Part shown: positions 16,876-26,699 of the stretch, piece by piece
Layout of the letters: every line of letters starts with the position of its first letter
Position numbering within the stretch: position 1 is the first letter of the stretch
DNA from: Bdellovibrionota bacterium FG-1
Lineage (GTDB): Bacteria > Bdellovibrionota > UBA1018
NCBI GenBank assembly: GCA_051382295.1
Contig: JBBCAW010000089.1
Span: 1 to 33,950 of the forward strand
Direction: 5' to 3'
Length of the DNA: 33,950 bases
The notes under the pieces: generated by a model
What the model saw: the letters and a program-made list of their open reading frames with translations, nothing else
What the model was told of the DNA's origin: nothing
Database searches by the model: none
Translations under genes and position numbers: made by a program

Positions 16876-18597
16876 TCATGTCCAAGGGATGATGATTACG
16901 CTATTTGCGAGCCCGCTTTGCACCCTACGAATCTGCTCCACTTCGTGGTGGGCACGGCGGGCGAGAATTGGATCTCGAGTTTGGGTGCCCGCAAGGCACT
17001 GATTGATCACCCAGGCATAGGGTTCAATTTCTGCTCGTCGGAGATCCTTTTGAAGCGCTTCGGCTTCGCTCACGGGTGTTGTTTCGGGAAGTGTAACGAT
17101 CAGGAGTTTTGTATACTTAGGATCTTTGAGGCGCATCATGGGTGTCGTCACATGAGATGCCGAAACAGCGCCGTGGCTAAACTTCTTCATCACTTCCCGG
17201 TGGTACGACCCGGTAGCATCCAGCAGAAGCAGAGTGTGACCGGTCGGGGCAGTATCAAGCACTACAAAATGATCACGAGCCTCGCTCACGATTCGAGAAA
17301 AGGCGCGGAACACAGCGACTTCTTCGGTGCAAGGGGAGCGCAGATCCTCCTTGAGAAGAGCCAATCCCTTTTTGTCGAGACCCTTGCCCGAGCTAGCGAC
17401 AACCTGATCAATATATTTTTGAGTTTCAATCTTCGGATCAATCCGACTTACCGTGAGACTCGAAAGTCGCTTTTCTCCAGCCAGAGTCGCCTCCAAGTGG
17501 GCGGCTGGGTCAGTGGTAGTCAGATGAACCGGGTGGCCCCTTGAGGCGAGTTCGCTGGCGATGGAGGCCGCAATCGTTGTTTTACCAACGCCACCTTTGC
17601 CCATCACCATGACCAGGCATCGTCCATCCATGATAATTCCATCAACCAGTTGCCCAATGGACAAGGTTCCGGTCGGCATCGCGACGAGCAAATCGGCCTT
17701 AGTCTCAAGCTCATCGTCTTTAAAGAACGCCCGCAATGCTTGAATCCCAACCATGTTGTAGGGCTTGAGATAAAAAACAGAACGCTCCTTTGAGGCCAAA
17801 GTCGGCGGTAGGTTTTTTAAGGCGTCATTGGCACGCTCTTCAAACGCCAGCGCGACTCGATCACTGCGGTTTGTTGCCCTAAATACGGCATTGATCGCCA
17901 GCTGCTGATTTTGAAGTCCAATTCCATCAAGCTCATGGCTTGTGCGTTCGGCTTCCGCTATTGCGACGGAGTCTGGTCGAGTAACTAGAATCACGGTCGT
18001 ATCTTTTTGATTGCGAAGGGTATTGACCGCCTGCTCGTAACGATCCCGCTGATTATTGAGAGCCGAACTCGGCCCAAGACAGGATGCGCCATGAGTCGAG
18101 GTCGTCAGAAAATCTTTCCAGGCGGAAGGAAGACTCAGGAGTCTGAGGGTGTGCCCGGTCGGGGCCGTATCGAAAATGATGTGATTGAATTTAGAGGTTA
18201 CCTGATCGTTCAGGAGTAGGCTGGTGAATTCATCAAAGGCCGCAACCTCCACAGTGCAAGCGCCGGAAAGTTGCTCTTCCATGTCTCGAATCGAGTCGGG
18301 TGGAAGCACTCCGCGATAGGGTCCAATAGAACGCTCCCGATAAGCTTTGGCAGCGGCTTCTGGGTCAATATTCAGGGCAAACAGATTTGGAACTTTTGGA
18401 ATCGCGATGGGCTCAGCAGTCAGGCGCACCCCTAATACTTCGTCGAGGTTTGAGGCCGGATCGGTACTTACCAAAAGAACTTTTGCGCCGCGATCGGCCA
18501 GGGTCACTGCCGTGGAGCAAGCTAGCGATGTTTTCCCAACACCGCCCTTACCGGTAAAAAACAGAAATCGAGTGGGCGCGTCTACAAATCCATTCAT
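16876..18597 (-). CDS. arsA: Arsenical pump-driving ATPase
   Basis: Two GKGGVGKT P-loops, two DTAPTGHT signatures and Cys ligands (SGAC, SCLGP, SPCTEE). The C-terminus may be slightly clipped (PWT*). Confidence 0.96.
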   Translation of the reverse strand: MNGFVDAPTRFLFFTGKGGVGKTSLACSTAVTLADRGAKVLLVSTDPASNLDEVLGVRLTAEPIAIPKVPNLFALNIDPEAAAKAYRERSIGPYRGVLPPDSIRDMEEQLSGACTVEVAAFDEFTSLLLNDQVTSKFNHIIFDTAPTGHTLRLLSLPSAWKDFLTTSTHGASCLGPSSALNNQRDRYEQAVNTLRNQKDTTVILVTRPDSVAIAEAERTSHELDGIGLQNQQLAINAVFRATNRSDRVALAFEERANDALKNLPPTLASKERSVFYLKPYNMVGIQALRAFFKDDELETKADLLVAMPTGTLSIGQLVDGIIMDGRCLVMVMGKGGVGKTTIAASIASELASRGHPVHLTTTDPAAHLEATLAGEKRLSSLTVSRIDPKIETQKYIDQVVASSGKGLDKKGLALLKEDLRSPCTEEVAVFRAFSRIVSEARDHFVVLDTAPTGHTLLLLDATGSYHREVMKKFSHGAVSASHVTTPMMRLKDPKYTKLLIVTLPETTPVSEAEALQKDLRRAEIEPYAWVINQCLAGTQTRDPILARRAHHEVEQIRRVQSGLANSVIIIPWT

Positions 18598-18618
18598 AAA
18601 ACCTCCAGAACGGCTTGA

Positions 18619-19008
18619 TCAGCCGCAACAGTCTTCCTCGGATTCACAGCAGGACTCGTCGCCCTCTTCTTGTTCGGTATCTAGCGGTGTTTCGAACGCA
18701 ACACCAAACGCAGCTAGCGCCGACTGTAGATCGCCTCGTTGGGGGTAGAAGCCGCTCGCCAAAACTCTTCCATTCGCCAGGATTAAGGGAAGGCAAGAGT
18801 TTCCGCGCGCATCCAGCTCCTGCTTGACGGGGATCGAGTCGACGAAGGCTTTGGGTTGCTGTGCCATGTTGTACCGCACGACATCTACATTGTTACGCTT
18901 GAGCCATTCGAGGTCTCCGGCAAAACGGGCGAGCTTCGGATCAACTTCAGGACCACAGACGCCGGTTGAACAACACATGGGCGGATCAAATACTTCAAGT
19001 TTTAGCAC
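18619..19008 (-). CDS. arsD: Arsenite metallochaperone
   Basis: FDPPMCCSTGVCG and C-terminal CC pairs. GTG start at 19008 with AAGGAG RBS. Confidence 0.93.
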   Translation of the reverse strand: MLKLEVFDPPMCCSTGVCGPEVDPKLARFAGDLEWLKRNNVDVVRYNMAQQPKAFVDSIPVKQELDARGNSCLPLILANGRVLASGFYPQRGDLQSALAAFGVAFETPLDTEQEEGDESCCESEEDCCG

Positions 19009-19064
19009 TATTTTATACTCCTTGATTACCGGGGTTTTCGCCGGAATTGATAAGGACAGATGTT

Positions 19065-19409
19065 TTATATTCCTGCCACTAAAACCTTCAGGCGCCTGAG
19101 TCCGCGAGGTTCGACGCAATAACACACTGCGGTGCCTTCGGTTTCACCTTTGATCAGGCCAGCCCCTTTGAGAACTTTAAGATGCTGGGAAACCGTGGAC
19201 TGAGCCAAATCCTCAATTTGGTCCACAATTTCGCCACAGATGCAGCTTTGCCGCCGAGCCAGGAGTCTGAGAATCTGAATCCGTGCTGGATGCCCAAGCG
19301 CTTTAGTCATTAAAGCGAGTTCTTCGTCTGCTTTTTTCCCCTCGACCGGCCTAAGATCGTGTTCTGGTGCTTTAGTGTCGCAACAATGAGCGTCTTTTAA
19401 TTGCTTCAT
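19065..19409 (-). CDS. arsR: ArsR/SmtB transcriptional repressor
   Basis: KALGHPARIQIL..CICGEIV..AQSTVSQHLKVLK..YC. Confidence 0.93.
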   Translation of the reverse strand: MKQLKDAHCCDTKAPEHDLRPVEGKKADEELALMTKALGHPARIQILRLLARRQSCICGEIVDQIEDLAQSTVSQHLKVLKGAGLIKGETEGTAVCYCVEPRGLRRLKVLVAGI

Positions 19410-19419
19410 GCCTTCTTTT

Positions 19420-19435
19420 ATCGTTAAAAGACGAT
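19420..19435. promoter_or_regulatory. Putative ArsR operator
   Basis: ATCGT-N6-ACGAT dyad just upstream of arsR. Confidence 0.55.
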
Positions 19436-19501
19436 GAATACAATCTATTTTAACTGGGGTCTATCCACCCAATACAGTCTATTGCCGAGAAGTTATTCCT
19501 C

Positions 19502-19533
19502 TTGACCCCGTACCCTGGTACAGGGTGTATGAT
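19502..19533 (+). promoter_or_regulatory. MerR-type long-spacer promoter
   Basis: TTGACC-20 bp-TATGAT with the dyad ACCCCGTACC-CT-GGTACAGGGT (9/10) across the spacer. Confidence 0.88.
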
Positions 19534-19539
19534 CGAGGT

Positions 19540-20001
19540 ATGAATCAGGAAGTTGCCTCTCAATTGACCATCGGACGACTGGCGAAGGCCGCAGGGGTCG
19601 GAATCGAAACCGTCCGTTTTTACGAACGCAAAGGGCTTTTACGTAAGCCAAGTGCTCGGTTGGGGGCGTTTCGTGCTTATTCACCCCAAGACGTCGATCG
19701 GGTGCAGTTTATCAAGAGGGCGCAAACGGTCGGATTTACCCTTCGTGATATTGCAGATTTGCTGCGACTTGAGGCTGGAAGTGGGCTGACGTGTAGTCAG
19801 TTGCTGACAGCGGTTTCTACAAAACTCACTGACATTCAATCACGCATTCTGGATCTCAAGAGAATGGAAGCTGCGCTTAAAGAATTGGAAGGCTGCTGTG
19901 CGGCGCAACCCTCTTCGAGAAAACCCACTTGTTTTTTGACGACCTGTTTTAGCAAAGAAGATCAAGCGACCCAAAATGTCAGGAAAGGAAAGAAAAAATG
20001 A
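19540..20001 (+). CDS. Metal-responsive MerR-family regulator
   Basis: LTIGRLAKAAGVGIETVRFYERKGLL, Cys at TCSQ and a C-terminal CC..C..C. Likely start is ATG 19540. Confidence 0.93.
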   Translation: MNQEVASQLTIGRLAKAAGVGIETVRFYERKGLLRKPSARLGAFRAYSPQDVDRVQFIKRAQTVGFTLRDIADLLRLEAGSGLTCSQLLTAVSTKLTDIQSRILDLKRMEAALKELEGCCAAQPSSRKPTCFLTTCFSKEDQATQNVRKGKKK

Positions 20002-20261
20002 TTATTAAAATTCTCGGCCCCGGCTGCGCGAATTGCAAACGTCTGATGGCCCAAACCCAAGAAGCGATTAAGACCCTCGGCGGAGAGTGGTCCACGGCTG
20101 AGCTAAAAAAGGTTGAAGATTATGAACAAATTGCCTCTTACGGGATTTTGTCAACACCTGGGCTCGTGCTCGATGAGGTAGTACTCATGAATGGCCGCGT
20201 TCCGAATTCGAAGGAAATCGTGGAGCTGCTCAAAACTGCCAAGTCATCAGGGCCTTGCTAA
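19998..20261 (+). CDS. Small redox-active disulfide (thioredoxin-like) protein
   Basis: IKILGPGCANC..YGILSTPGLV..GRVP. Confidence 0.9.
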   Translation: MIIKILGPGCANCKRLMAQTQEAIKTLGGEWSTAELKKVEDYEQIASYGILSTPGLVLDEVVLMNGRVPNSKEIVELLKTAKSSGPC

Positions 20262-20270
20262 GGGGTATTT

Positions 20271-21353
20271 GTGGAAAACACTGACATGCCAAATCGGCAC
20301 TCATTACCCGTCAAACAGCTACTAGCTGCCGTCGTGGCACTGGTGGCCTGGGTAGTCCTTTACGAGAATTTGGCGCGGATTTCTCACTGGTTGACCTATC
20401 AAGTTTTACATTTGCCGGTGGGAAGACTTGCAGCAGCGATCGAGTTTTTTGTATTCGAAGCGCCCAAGGTCCTCCTTCTTTTGACGGTGGTCGTGTTCTG
20501 CATGGGCATCATCCGGTCGTTCTTTTCTCCGGAACGAACTCGCGCTATTCTGGCGGGTAGAAAGGAGTCTGTTGGCAATGTCTTGGCGGCACTTCTAGGA
20601 ATCGTTACTCCGTTTTGCTCTTGTTCGGCAGTGCCACTCTTTATCGGTTTCGTGACAGCTGGAGTGCCGTTGGGCGTGACGTTTTCCTTTCTCGTATCCG
20701 CCCCGATGGTGAACGAAGTGGCTCTCGTGCTTCTCTTTGGCATGTTTGGTTGGCGAGTCGCGCTGATTTACTTGGGGACTGGGCTTCTGGTAGCGATCCT
20801 TTCAGGGTGGGTCATAGGCAGGCTTAAGCTTGAACGTTACGTTGAGGAATGGGTGTACCGCACTCAAGCTCCAACCGTCGCCGGCGTCGCGGACGTGAGT
20901 ACTTGGATTACGCGGTTGGACTATGGCCTCAGTGAAGTTCGAGAGATCGTCGGCAAGGTATGGATCTATGTACTGCTCGGAATTGCGGTTGGCGCAGGCA
21001 TTCATGGTTATGTCCCCGAGGATTTTATGGCCTCATTGATGGGGAAGGAGTCTTGGTGGTCGGTTCCATTGGCGGTTATCGTCGGCGTACCGATGTACTC
21101 AAATGCGGCAGGGATCATTCCCATCGTAAAAGCGCTGCTCGAAAAAGGAGCGGCTTTGGGGACCGTCCTTGCTTTCATGATGTCGGTGATTGCGCTGTCG
21201 CTTCCAGAAACGATTATGATGAAAAATCCCGCCAAAAGGGTTGCCGCGAAGCCGACGAAGACACGGCTTTTGAAAGTGGAAAATAGCTTCACCGCATCAA
21301 TCTCCTTGTGCCAAATAGGTTGCTTCTATTGCAACAGCCCCGCCATAACGTAA
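20271..21353 (+). CDS. ArsP/DUF318-family permease, probably with its C-terminus replaced after about 21222
   Basis: TPFCSCSAVP, SAPMVNE, GVPMYSNAAG and LSLPE. The final transmembrane helix is absent and an unrelated tail follows. Confidence 0.85.
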   Translation: MENTDMPNRHSLPVKQLLAAVVALVAWVVLYENLARISHWLTYQVLHLPVGRLAAAIEFFVFEAPKVLLLLTVVVFCMGIIRSFFSPERTRAILAGRKESVGNVLAALLGIVTPFCSCSAVPLFIGFVTAGVPLGVTFSFLVSAPMVNEVALVLLFGMFGWRVALIYLGTGLLVAILSGWVIGRLKLERYVEEWVYRTQAPTVAGVADVSTWITRLDYGLSEVREIVGKVWIYVLLGIAVGAGIHGYVPEDFMASLMGKESWWSVPLAVIVGVPMYSNAAGIIPIVKALLEKGAALGTVLAFMMSVIALSLPETIMMKNPAKRVAAKPTKTRLLKVENSFTASISLCQIGCFYCNSPAIT

Positions 21354-21418
21354 GCACTAGGCTGAAACCGCTGAGCCATCGATACAACTGGATCGCGATT
21401 TGCATTAATGCATCAAGT

Positions 21419-22576
21419 ATGAGGATTGGCATTGTTGGCGGTGGAATTGGCGGTCTTTCTGCGGCGATTTGTCTTTCCAAGATAGGAATAGAAGTTGAAG
21501 TTTTTGAAAGGGCGTCGGAGATCCGTGAAAGCGGCGCAGGCGTGAGTCTTTGGCCCAATGCCACGCGGGTTTTGGCACAAATGGGCCTGCTTCAGAAGTG
21601 TTTGGCGAAGAGCGTACCCCTTTCGTCCCTTGAACTGAAAAATCTTCGGGGAAAGATTTTGCTCCATACACGGATCGACCAAGAAGAAACTCCGGTGCTC
21701 TGCATGCGTCGACCCGATCTCTTGGCAATTCTGCACGCGGAAGTCTCCGACAAGTCGATTTTCTTGAATCACAACTGTAAGAAGATAACGGCTTTAGAAA
21801 AGAAAGTTGCCATTGAGTTTGAGGGGCAAGAGGCCCGAGTATTTGACGCGGTTGTAGGGGCTGACGGAGCCAGATCACGGGTAAGAGCTTACGTGACCGG
21901 CTTAACGCAAGAACCCGTCTATCGCGGGTATACGATATGGCGCGGGGTTACTGAGTTTGACCTGGGCGCACACTCGTCGAACATGACTCAGGAAATCTGG
22001 GGAAGTGGGCGGCGTTTCGGAGTTCTGCCGATTGGAGGAAAAGTTCTTTGTTGGTACGCAACCGACACGAGACCCAAGGATCAGGATGATTCTTCTAGAA
22101 ATCACGAGTCCGAGCTCTTGAGGCTCTTTAGTGGGTGGCCGGATCCAATACTAGAGATCATTCGGACGACTCCACCGCATGAAATCCTAAAAAACGACGC
22201 AGCCGATCTCGGTCTTCGAGGACCGTGGTTCAATCATAACGTAGCAATCATTGGTGATGCCGCTCACCCCCTTACACCCAACGTTGGACAAGGCTGCTGT
22301 CTTGCGCTTGAAGATTCCTGGGTTCTTTCTCAATCGCTGCAAAAGACCGGCGAACCAAACAGGATAGAGCGGGCCTTCGAGCTCTTTGGACGCGTTAGAC
22401 GAAAGCGAGTACCCGCGATCGTAAGAACCACGCGATGGATCGGATCAGTTGCACAGACCAAAAGTAAGTCTGCCGTTCTTATCCGAGATCAGCTGCTCCG
22501 GGCGTTTTTTCCTCTGGTTTTTGACTTGGCCGTTCGACCCATCCATCGCTACGACGCTACGAAACCGTTCTCATAA
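21419..22576 (+). CDS. FAD-dependent monooxygenase (aromatic hydroxylase)
   Basis: IVGGGIGGL, VGADGARSRVR and IGDAAHPLTPNVGQG. ATG at 21419. Confidence 0.93.
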   Translation: MRIGIVGGGIGGLSAAICLSKIGIEVEVFERASEIRESGAGVSLWPNATRVLAQMGLLQKCLAKSVPLSSLELKNLRGKILLHTRIDQEETPVLCMRRPDLLAILHAEVSDKSIFLNHNCKKITALEKKVAIEFEGQEARVFDAVVGADGARSRVRAYVTGLTQEPVYRGYTIWRGVTEFDLGAHSSNMTQEIWGSGRRFGVLPIGGKVLCWYATDTRPKDQDDSSRNHESELLRLFSGWPDPILEIIRTTPPHEILKNDAADLGLRGPWFNHNVAIIGDAAHPLTPNVGQGCCLALEDSWVLSQSLQKTGEPNRIERAFELFGRVRRKRVPAIVRTTRWIGSVAQTKSKSAVLIRDQLLRAFFPLVFDLAVRPIHRYDATKPFS

Positions 22577-23535
22577 TCGCCCAAATCTCGCGATGATGGT
22601 TCTCTTTTTTTCAGAAGGCACCCGTAAATGGTTAGCCCAGGCCCAAAGGCGAGACTGACTACCAAAGTTCCTTCACGGATCGCTTTATCCTGCAAAATTT
22701 CATTCCAAATATGGGGGAGCGTTGCCGACGACATGTTGCCATACTCAAAAAGAATTTTTCGGCTCGCGGCGACTTGAGTGTCCTCTAGTTTAAGAAGGCG
22801 TTGTGCAGCATCAATGATTTTTGGTCCACCCGGGTGAATTGCGAATACAGCCGAGTGCCTAGCGTTCATGTAGTCGAGGCCACTTATTTTGAAGAGACGA
22901 AGCAGAAAATCGGATAGCCCCTTCATCACTTTTTCAGGAACCTCCCGAGAAAGTGTCATGCGCATGCCCGCTTCTGAGGGGGTCCACGTCATGTCAGACT
23001 CACTGTCGGGCAGAATCTCATCTGCGATCGCAATCACTTCAAGGCCACAGTACTCGGAAGAGCCGGTCTCGAGCGAGTACTTTACAAAACCATCAGCAAA
23101 AAGACTTTGAACCACGAGTTGTTCGGGGCTGTGGTCTGAGACATCCAAGTGGAGACTACAGACTTCGGTATGTACAATATCCACGCGCTCCGATTGTTTA
23201 GTTAGGCCCCGCGCAATTCGAACTGCCGGGATCGCCGCGTAACACCCCATGTGATAGGCATGCAGCACTGAAGTCTTGCTTCCCCATCCGCGCTCGCTCA
23301 CAAGCCGCTGCGCCGAACTCGGAGAAGCATAGCCGGTACAAGTGACATGGATGAGATGGGCCGGGACGTCGGCGTCTTGCGCATCTTGCACTTCTGGCGT
23401 TTTCTGGAGATAAAAGCGCTTGAAGATGTCCCCGGTAATCTGATTGTATTTTTGGGTGCGTTTCGAGATGACTCCGTAGGCTTCGAAGATTTCGAACAAG
23501 TATTGGACGAGTGTATGCTGCGCGGGAGCATCATT
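22549..23535 (-). pseudogene. Type III polyketide synthase, 5'-truncated
   Basis: The catalytic triad motifs HMGCYA, IHPGG and YGNMSS plus AFGPGL are present. The 5' end abuts a plus-strand fragment. Confidence 0.8.
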
Positions 23536-23952
23536 CTTCTCGTCACGGCCTTTCATCATGTTTCCTCTGCTAACGCGCGCGATTTTCTGGAACGGTCGGC
23601 GCGGGCGGGTGCGAGTGTCCTGGTTGTTGAACCGCTCGATAGAAACTTGAAGGGAATCGTTCTGGGGGGATTGCTCTTTCTTCCGGCACTTCTTTTTCCG
23701 ATCCGCACATTGCTGCGAAGCTGGCCTGGCTTGGGGCGTTGGATGCGGCTAGCCGCATTTCACTGGGTCATACCGCTTATCCCATTTTTTCTATCCCACG
23801 ATGGTATTGTCAGTGCGCGGCGGCAGCGCACTTCAGACGATTGGGACGCGCTGATTCATGGGTTGCCTTACGAACTCATCATTCGTCCAAACCTCGGGTT
23901 GATGAGAAATTTCTCGGTGGTCTTGTTGAAAATGTCCGAAAAATCGCAGTAA
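23530..23952 (+). pseudogene. Class I SAM methyltransferase-like C-terminal fragment
   Basis: TAFHHVS..ARDFL..VLVVEP..HDGIVSARR. The SAM-binding N-terminus is missing. Confidence 0.65.
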
Positions 23953-23971
23953 GTAAGATCGGGGCGCCGAA

Positions 23972-24448
23972 CTATTCCTCTTCTTTGATCTGGGCAGCCA
24001 AGTAGTTCTGGATTCCGGTCTGCTTGATTTGGTCGAGTTGTGCTTCAAGGCAGTCAATATGGCTTTCTTCGTCTTTGAGGTTTGAAGTAAAAAGTTCGCG
24101 GGTGCCGTCGTCACTCAATTCTAGGGTGAGTTTGATCGCTGAGTTGTAGAGCCGGACCGCATCGTACTCAGCCTTGACGTCGGATTCAAGCTGCGTTTTG
24201 ACGTCCTCGCCAATGTGGAGTTCCTTGAGGCGGCTAACGACAGGTTTGCCTTCGAGGAAAAGGATTCTTCCAATGATAGCTTCTGCGTGTTTCATTTCCT
24301 GGATGGCCCGTTTCTCAATTATTTTGTGAAGACGGTTATAGCCCCAGTTGGCGCACATTTCCGAATGAACCATGTACTGATTGATAGCGGTCAGCTCATC
24401 GGCTAGTAATTCATTTAAAGACGCGATTACCTTGTCGTTGCCTCTCAT
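23972..24448 (-). CDS. bfr: Bacterioferritin
   Basis: MRGNDKVI..LADELTAINQY, EMKHA..RILFLEG and DEESHID. Confidence 0.96.
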   Translation of the reverse strand: MRGNDKVIASLNELLADELTAINQYMVHSEMCANWGYNRLHKIIEKRAIQEMKHAEAIIGRILFLEGKPVVSRLKELHIGEDVKTQLESDVKAEYDAVRLYNSAIKLTLELSDDGTRELFTSNLKDEESHIDCLEAQLDQIKQTGIQNYLAAQIKEEE

Positions 24449-24824
24449 AAAAAGTTTCTCCATTAGCTTCAAAGGTTATTCTCATCAATGAATAGCAATT
24501 TTCAGACCAGGACAGATAAGTGTTTTGTACGTGTAAAGCGACCGACAGAACTGGGGTGCCATAGGGCACATCGAAATCCCAGGGATATCCGCGTAGACCT
24601 TCGCCAGCGTCCCGGGAGCTGCCTCGGCCCCCAGCAAAGATGTGGTTTGAACGGGCTATACTCGTCTCATTTTCGGACTGATTGACCTAAAAACAGCCAA
24701 ATCATCGCAAAAATAGCCGAAAAATGGCCAAAAAACTATGGCATTGAATTCGCTTTGAGTGTGTCTGCCAAATCGGACAGAGTAGATGGAGCTACCTCCT
24801 TCCCCAAAGAAAGAGGTAACCCCG

Positions 24825-24977
24825 ATGAAAATTAAACAGATTGGTGAAACCGCCAACTATTATTCTTTTCGTCTGAAGCTGGAAAAACTTAAGCTGAAAA
24901 CCTGGCGACTCTATGTCCTCGCTAAGATTCTGCTTTTTCTAGCCGACCTGGTTTCCGCCTACTTGAGACAAAAATGA
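24825..24977 (+). CDS. Small basic hypothetical protein
   Basis: AAGAGGT RBS before ATG 24825; 50 aa with a hydrophobic C-terminal helix. Confidence 0.4.
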   Translation: MKIKQIGETANYYSFRLKLEKLKLKTWRLYVLAKILLFLADLVSAYLRQK

Positions 24978-25095
24978 GAGGTGCTTGGGGTACAGCATAA
25001 CCCGAGTTCTCATGGCAGAGAGCTGTCCGGTTTGGTTTTATAAAAAAACCCATAACGATTTAACATTATACTCCATTTTGCTGATCCTTACTTGT

Positions 25096-25310
25096 ATGAG
25101 AACTGGCCCGAAATGGCTCATCAGCTTTTTACTTTCCCTCGCTTTATCCTGCTCGGCGCATGCGGTATCTCCGAAATTTTCCGCCCATATCGCCAACTGG
25201 AAAACTGCCCTTTTAAACGAGATCGATGCGGCAAAGTTCGCCCAGATCCATGCGGTTGAGGCGCGGGTGAGAGCCGAAGCGGGATTGGGCCAGAATGATG
25301 CCCTGATACG
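25096..25310 (+). pseudogene. Secreted protein, N-terminal fragment
   Basis: Signal peptide MRTGPKWLISFLLSLALSCSAHA. It runs into a convergent fragment. Confidence 0.45.
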
Positions 25311-25416
25311 CGCCCACGCGATCACCGCCACCGCCGACCTTGTCACCCGCTTGGGCGATGAGAGGAAAACTACCCGTGAGGGCCGCGACAATAATCGCTA
25401 AATTTACATATTTCAT
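25213..25416 (-). pseudogene. Secreted 'GGGGD'-motif protein, 3'-truncated
   Basis: MKYVNLAIIVAALTGSFPLIAQA-GDKVGGGGD, translationally coupled to the TIGR02147-type gene. Confidence 0.55.
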
Positions 25417-26294
25417 TGGGATTCTCTTTCTTTCTTGGGTTTTGTGAGCGGAAAAAATTGTACGTTCATTTGGTAGACCGAATCCTTGGCTCCGTCTTGG
25501 GTCAGGGCTAGGATCTCGTCTTGGAGGCGGTCGATCTTGTCTTTAATCAACTCGAGATGCTCTGGAGCACAAGCGAAGGTAATGCCGTTGATGAGTCTCC
25601 GAGAAAAATCGGCATCTGAGGTCTTCTGTAGTTCCTGGGAAGCTTTCTCAATCATTTGCTGATGAAATTTTCGAACTGCGAATTCTGAGCGGTTGGTTTT
25701 GACGTAGAAGCTTTGACGGGTTCGCCTCAGTCGCCCTTCCGGGTCCTCTTGCAGGAGTCCAATCGCAATCATCCGCTCGATCGCGCTCCGCGCTTCGGCA
25801 GTCGTGATTCCAAGACGATGGGCGATCTGGGCGGGTTGGCTTTGAAAATCATCGAGCGTCACCAAGTTGAGGATGGCCAGGTGATGCCAGTTTGCCATGG
25901 CTCTAAACTGCTCGATCTCTAGGGTCGTATAGGTGGCAGCCTGATTTGTCGCGACCGCCTCAGCTACTTTCCTTTCCAGCCTGGCTCGCACTTTCATCGA
26001 TATCTTGGCGTTTTTAGAGGAGGCCTGAAGCACAGATAATAGCAAGACGTTGGACTCTGGCTCCTTCAAAGCCAGTGCCTCCGAAACCTGAGCCGCAAAC
26101 TTGAGAGTCATGGGACGCGTGCCGGAAAGCACTCGAGAGAGCAGAGAAACTGAAGCGCCAAGATCACGCGCAAATGCGCTCATCGAGTACGAAGGGTTTC
26201 TTTCGCGGCGGGATTGGAAAACCTCGAGGAGGTAATCTGCCGGGCGCTTTGCCGCGTGTTTGATTTGGTCACCTGGTCCGTTCATAGCGAGCAT
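25413..26294 (-). CDS. TIGR02147-family protein (HTH + DUF4423)
   Basis: RNPSYSMSAFARDLG..LSRVLSG, WHHLAILNL, RKFHQQMI and VYQMNVQFFPLT. Confidence 0.88.
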   Translation of the reverse strand: MLAMNGPGDQIKHAAKRPADYLLEVFQSRRERNPSYSMSAFARDLGASVSLLSRVLSGTRPMTLKFAAQVSEALALKEPESNVLLLSVLQASSKNAKISMKVRARLERKVAEAVATNQAATYTTLEIEQFRAMANWHHLAILNLVTLDDFQSQPAQIAHRLGITTAEARSAIERMIAIGLLQEDPEGRLRRTRQSFYVKTNRSEFAVRKFHQQMIEKASQELQKTSDADFSRRLINGITFACAPEHLELIKDKIDRLQDEILALTQDGAKDSVYQMNVQFFPLTKPKKERESQ

Positions 26295-26699
26295 TAAATA
26301 GCCTGTTATGACACGATGTGTAATTCATTTGGATCTAAAGTGTTGTCAAATTGAAAATACTAGTAATATTAAAGTGTTAAGGTCTAGAGATCCTTTCAGT
26401 GGCCTATTGACGGTTTCGTCCTTTTTCAGCTTAACGTATTCGCGATCAGATTGGCTCTACAGACGGCAATTTCTGAAATAGACGAAGCATCTTTACCGGT
26501 GGAACACCTAACGGGTTCTAAGTAAAATGGCCGAACCGAATAGTTGCAGGGCCCCTTAGAGCGCGAAGCTCTGAGGGAACGGAGGGCGCGCGTATGATTT
26601 CGGATGGTTTTATAACTTTTGGAATTTGCCGCCCTAGAATCTTACGTCCTTTTGTCTCAATTAGGGCGATAAGTCTTTTGTGATCATGGGGGTTCTGTT

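Noticed and set aside
12927..17544. Long antisense ORFs (e.g. 12927-13712, 15410-15991, 16918-17544)
   Set aside because: They are shadows of well-supported genes on the opposite strand.
21222..21410. Minus-strand membrane or signal-peptide-like fragments after the permease junction
   Set aside because: They are too short to identify and are counted only as junction evidence.
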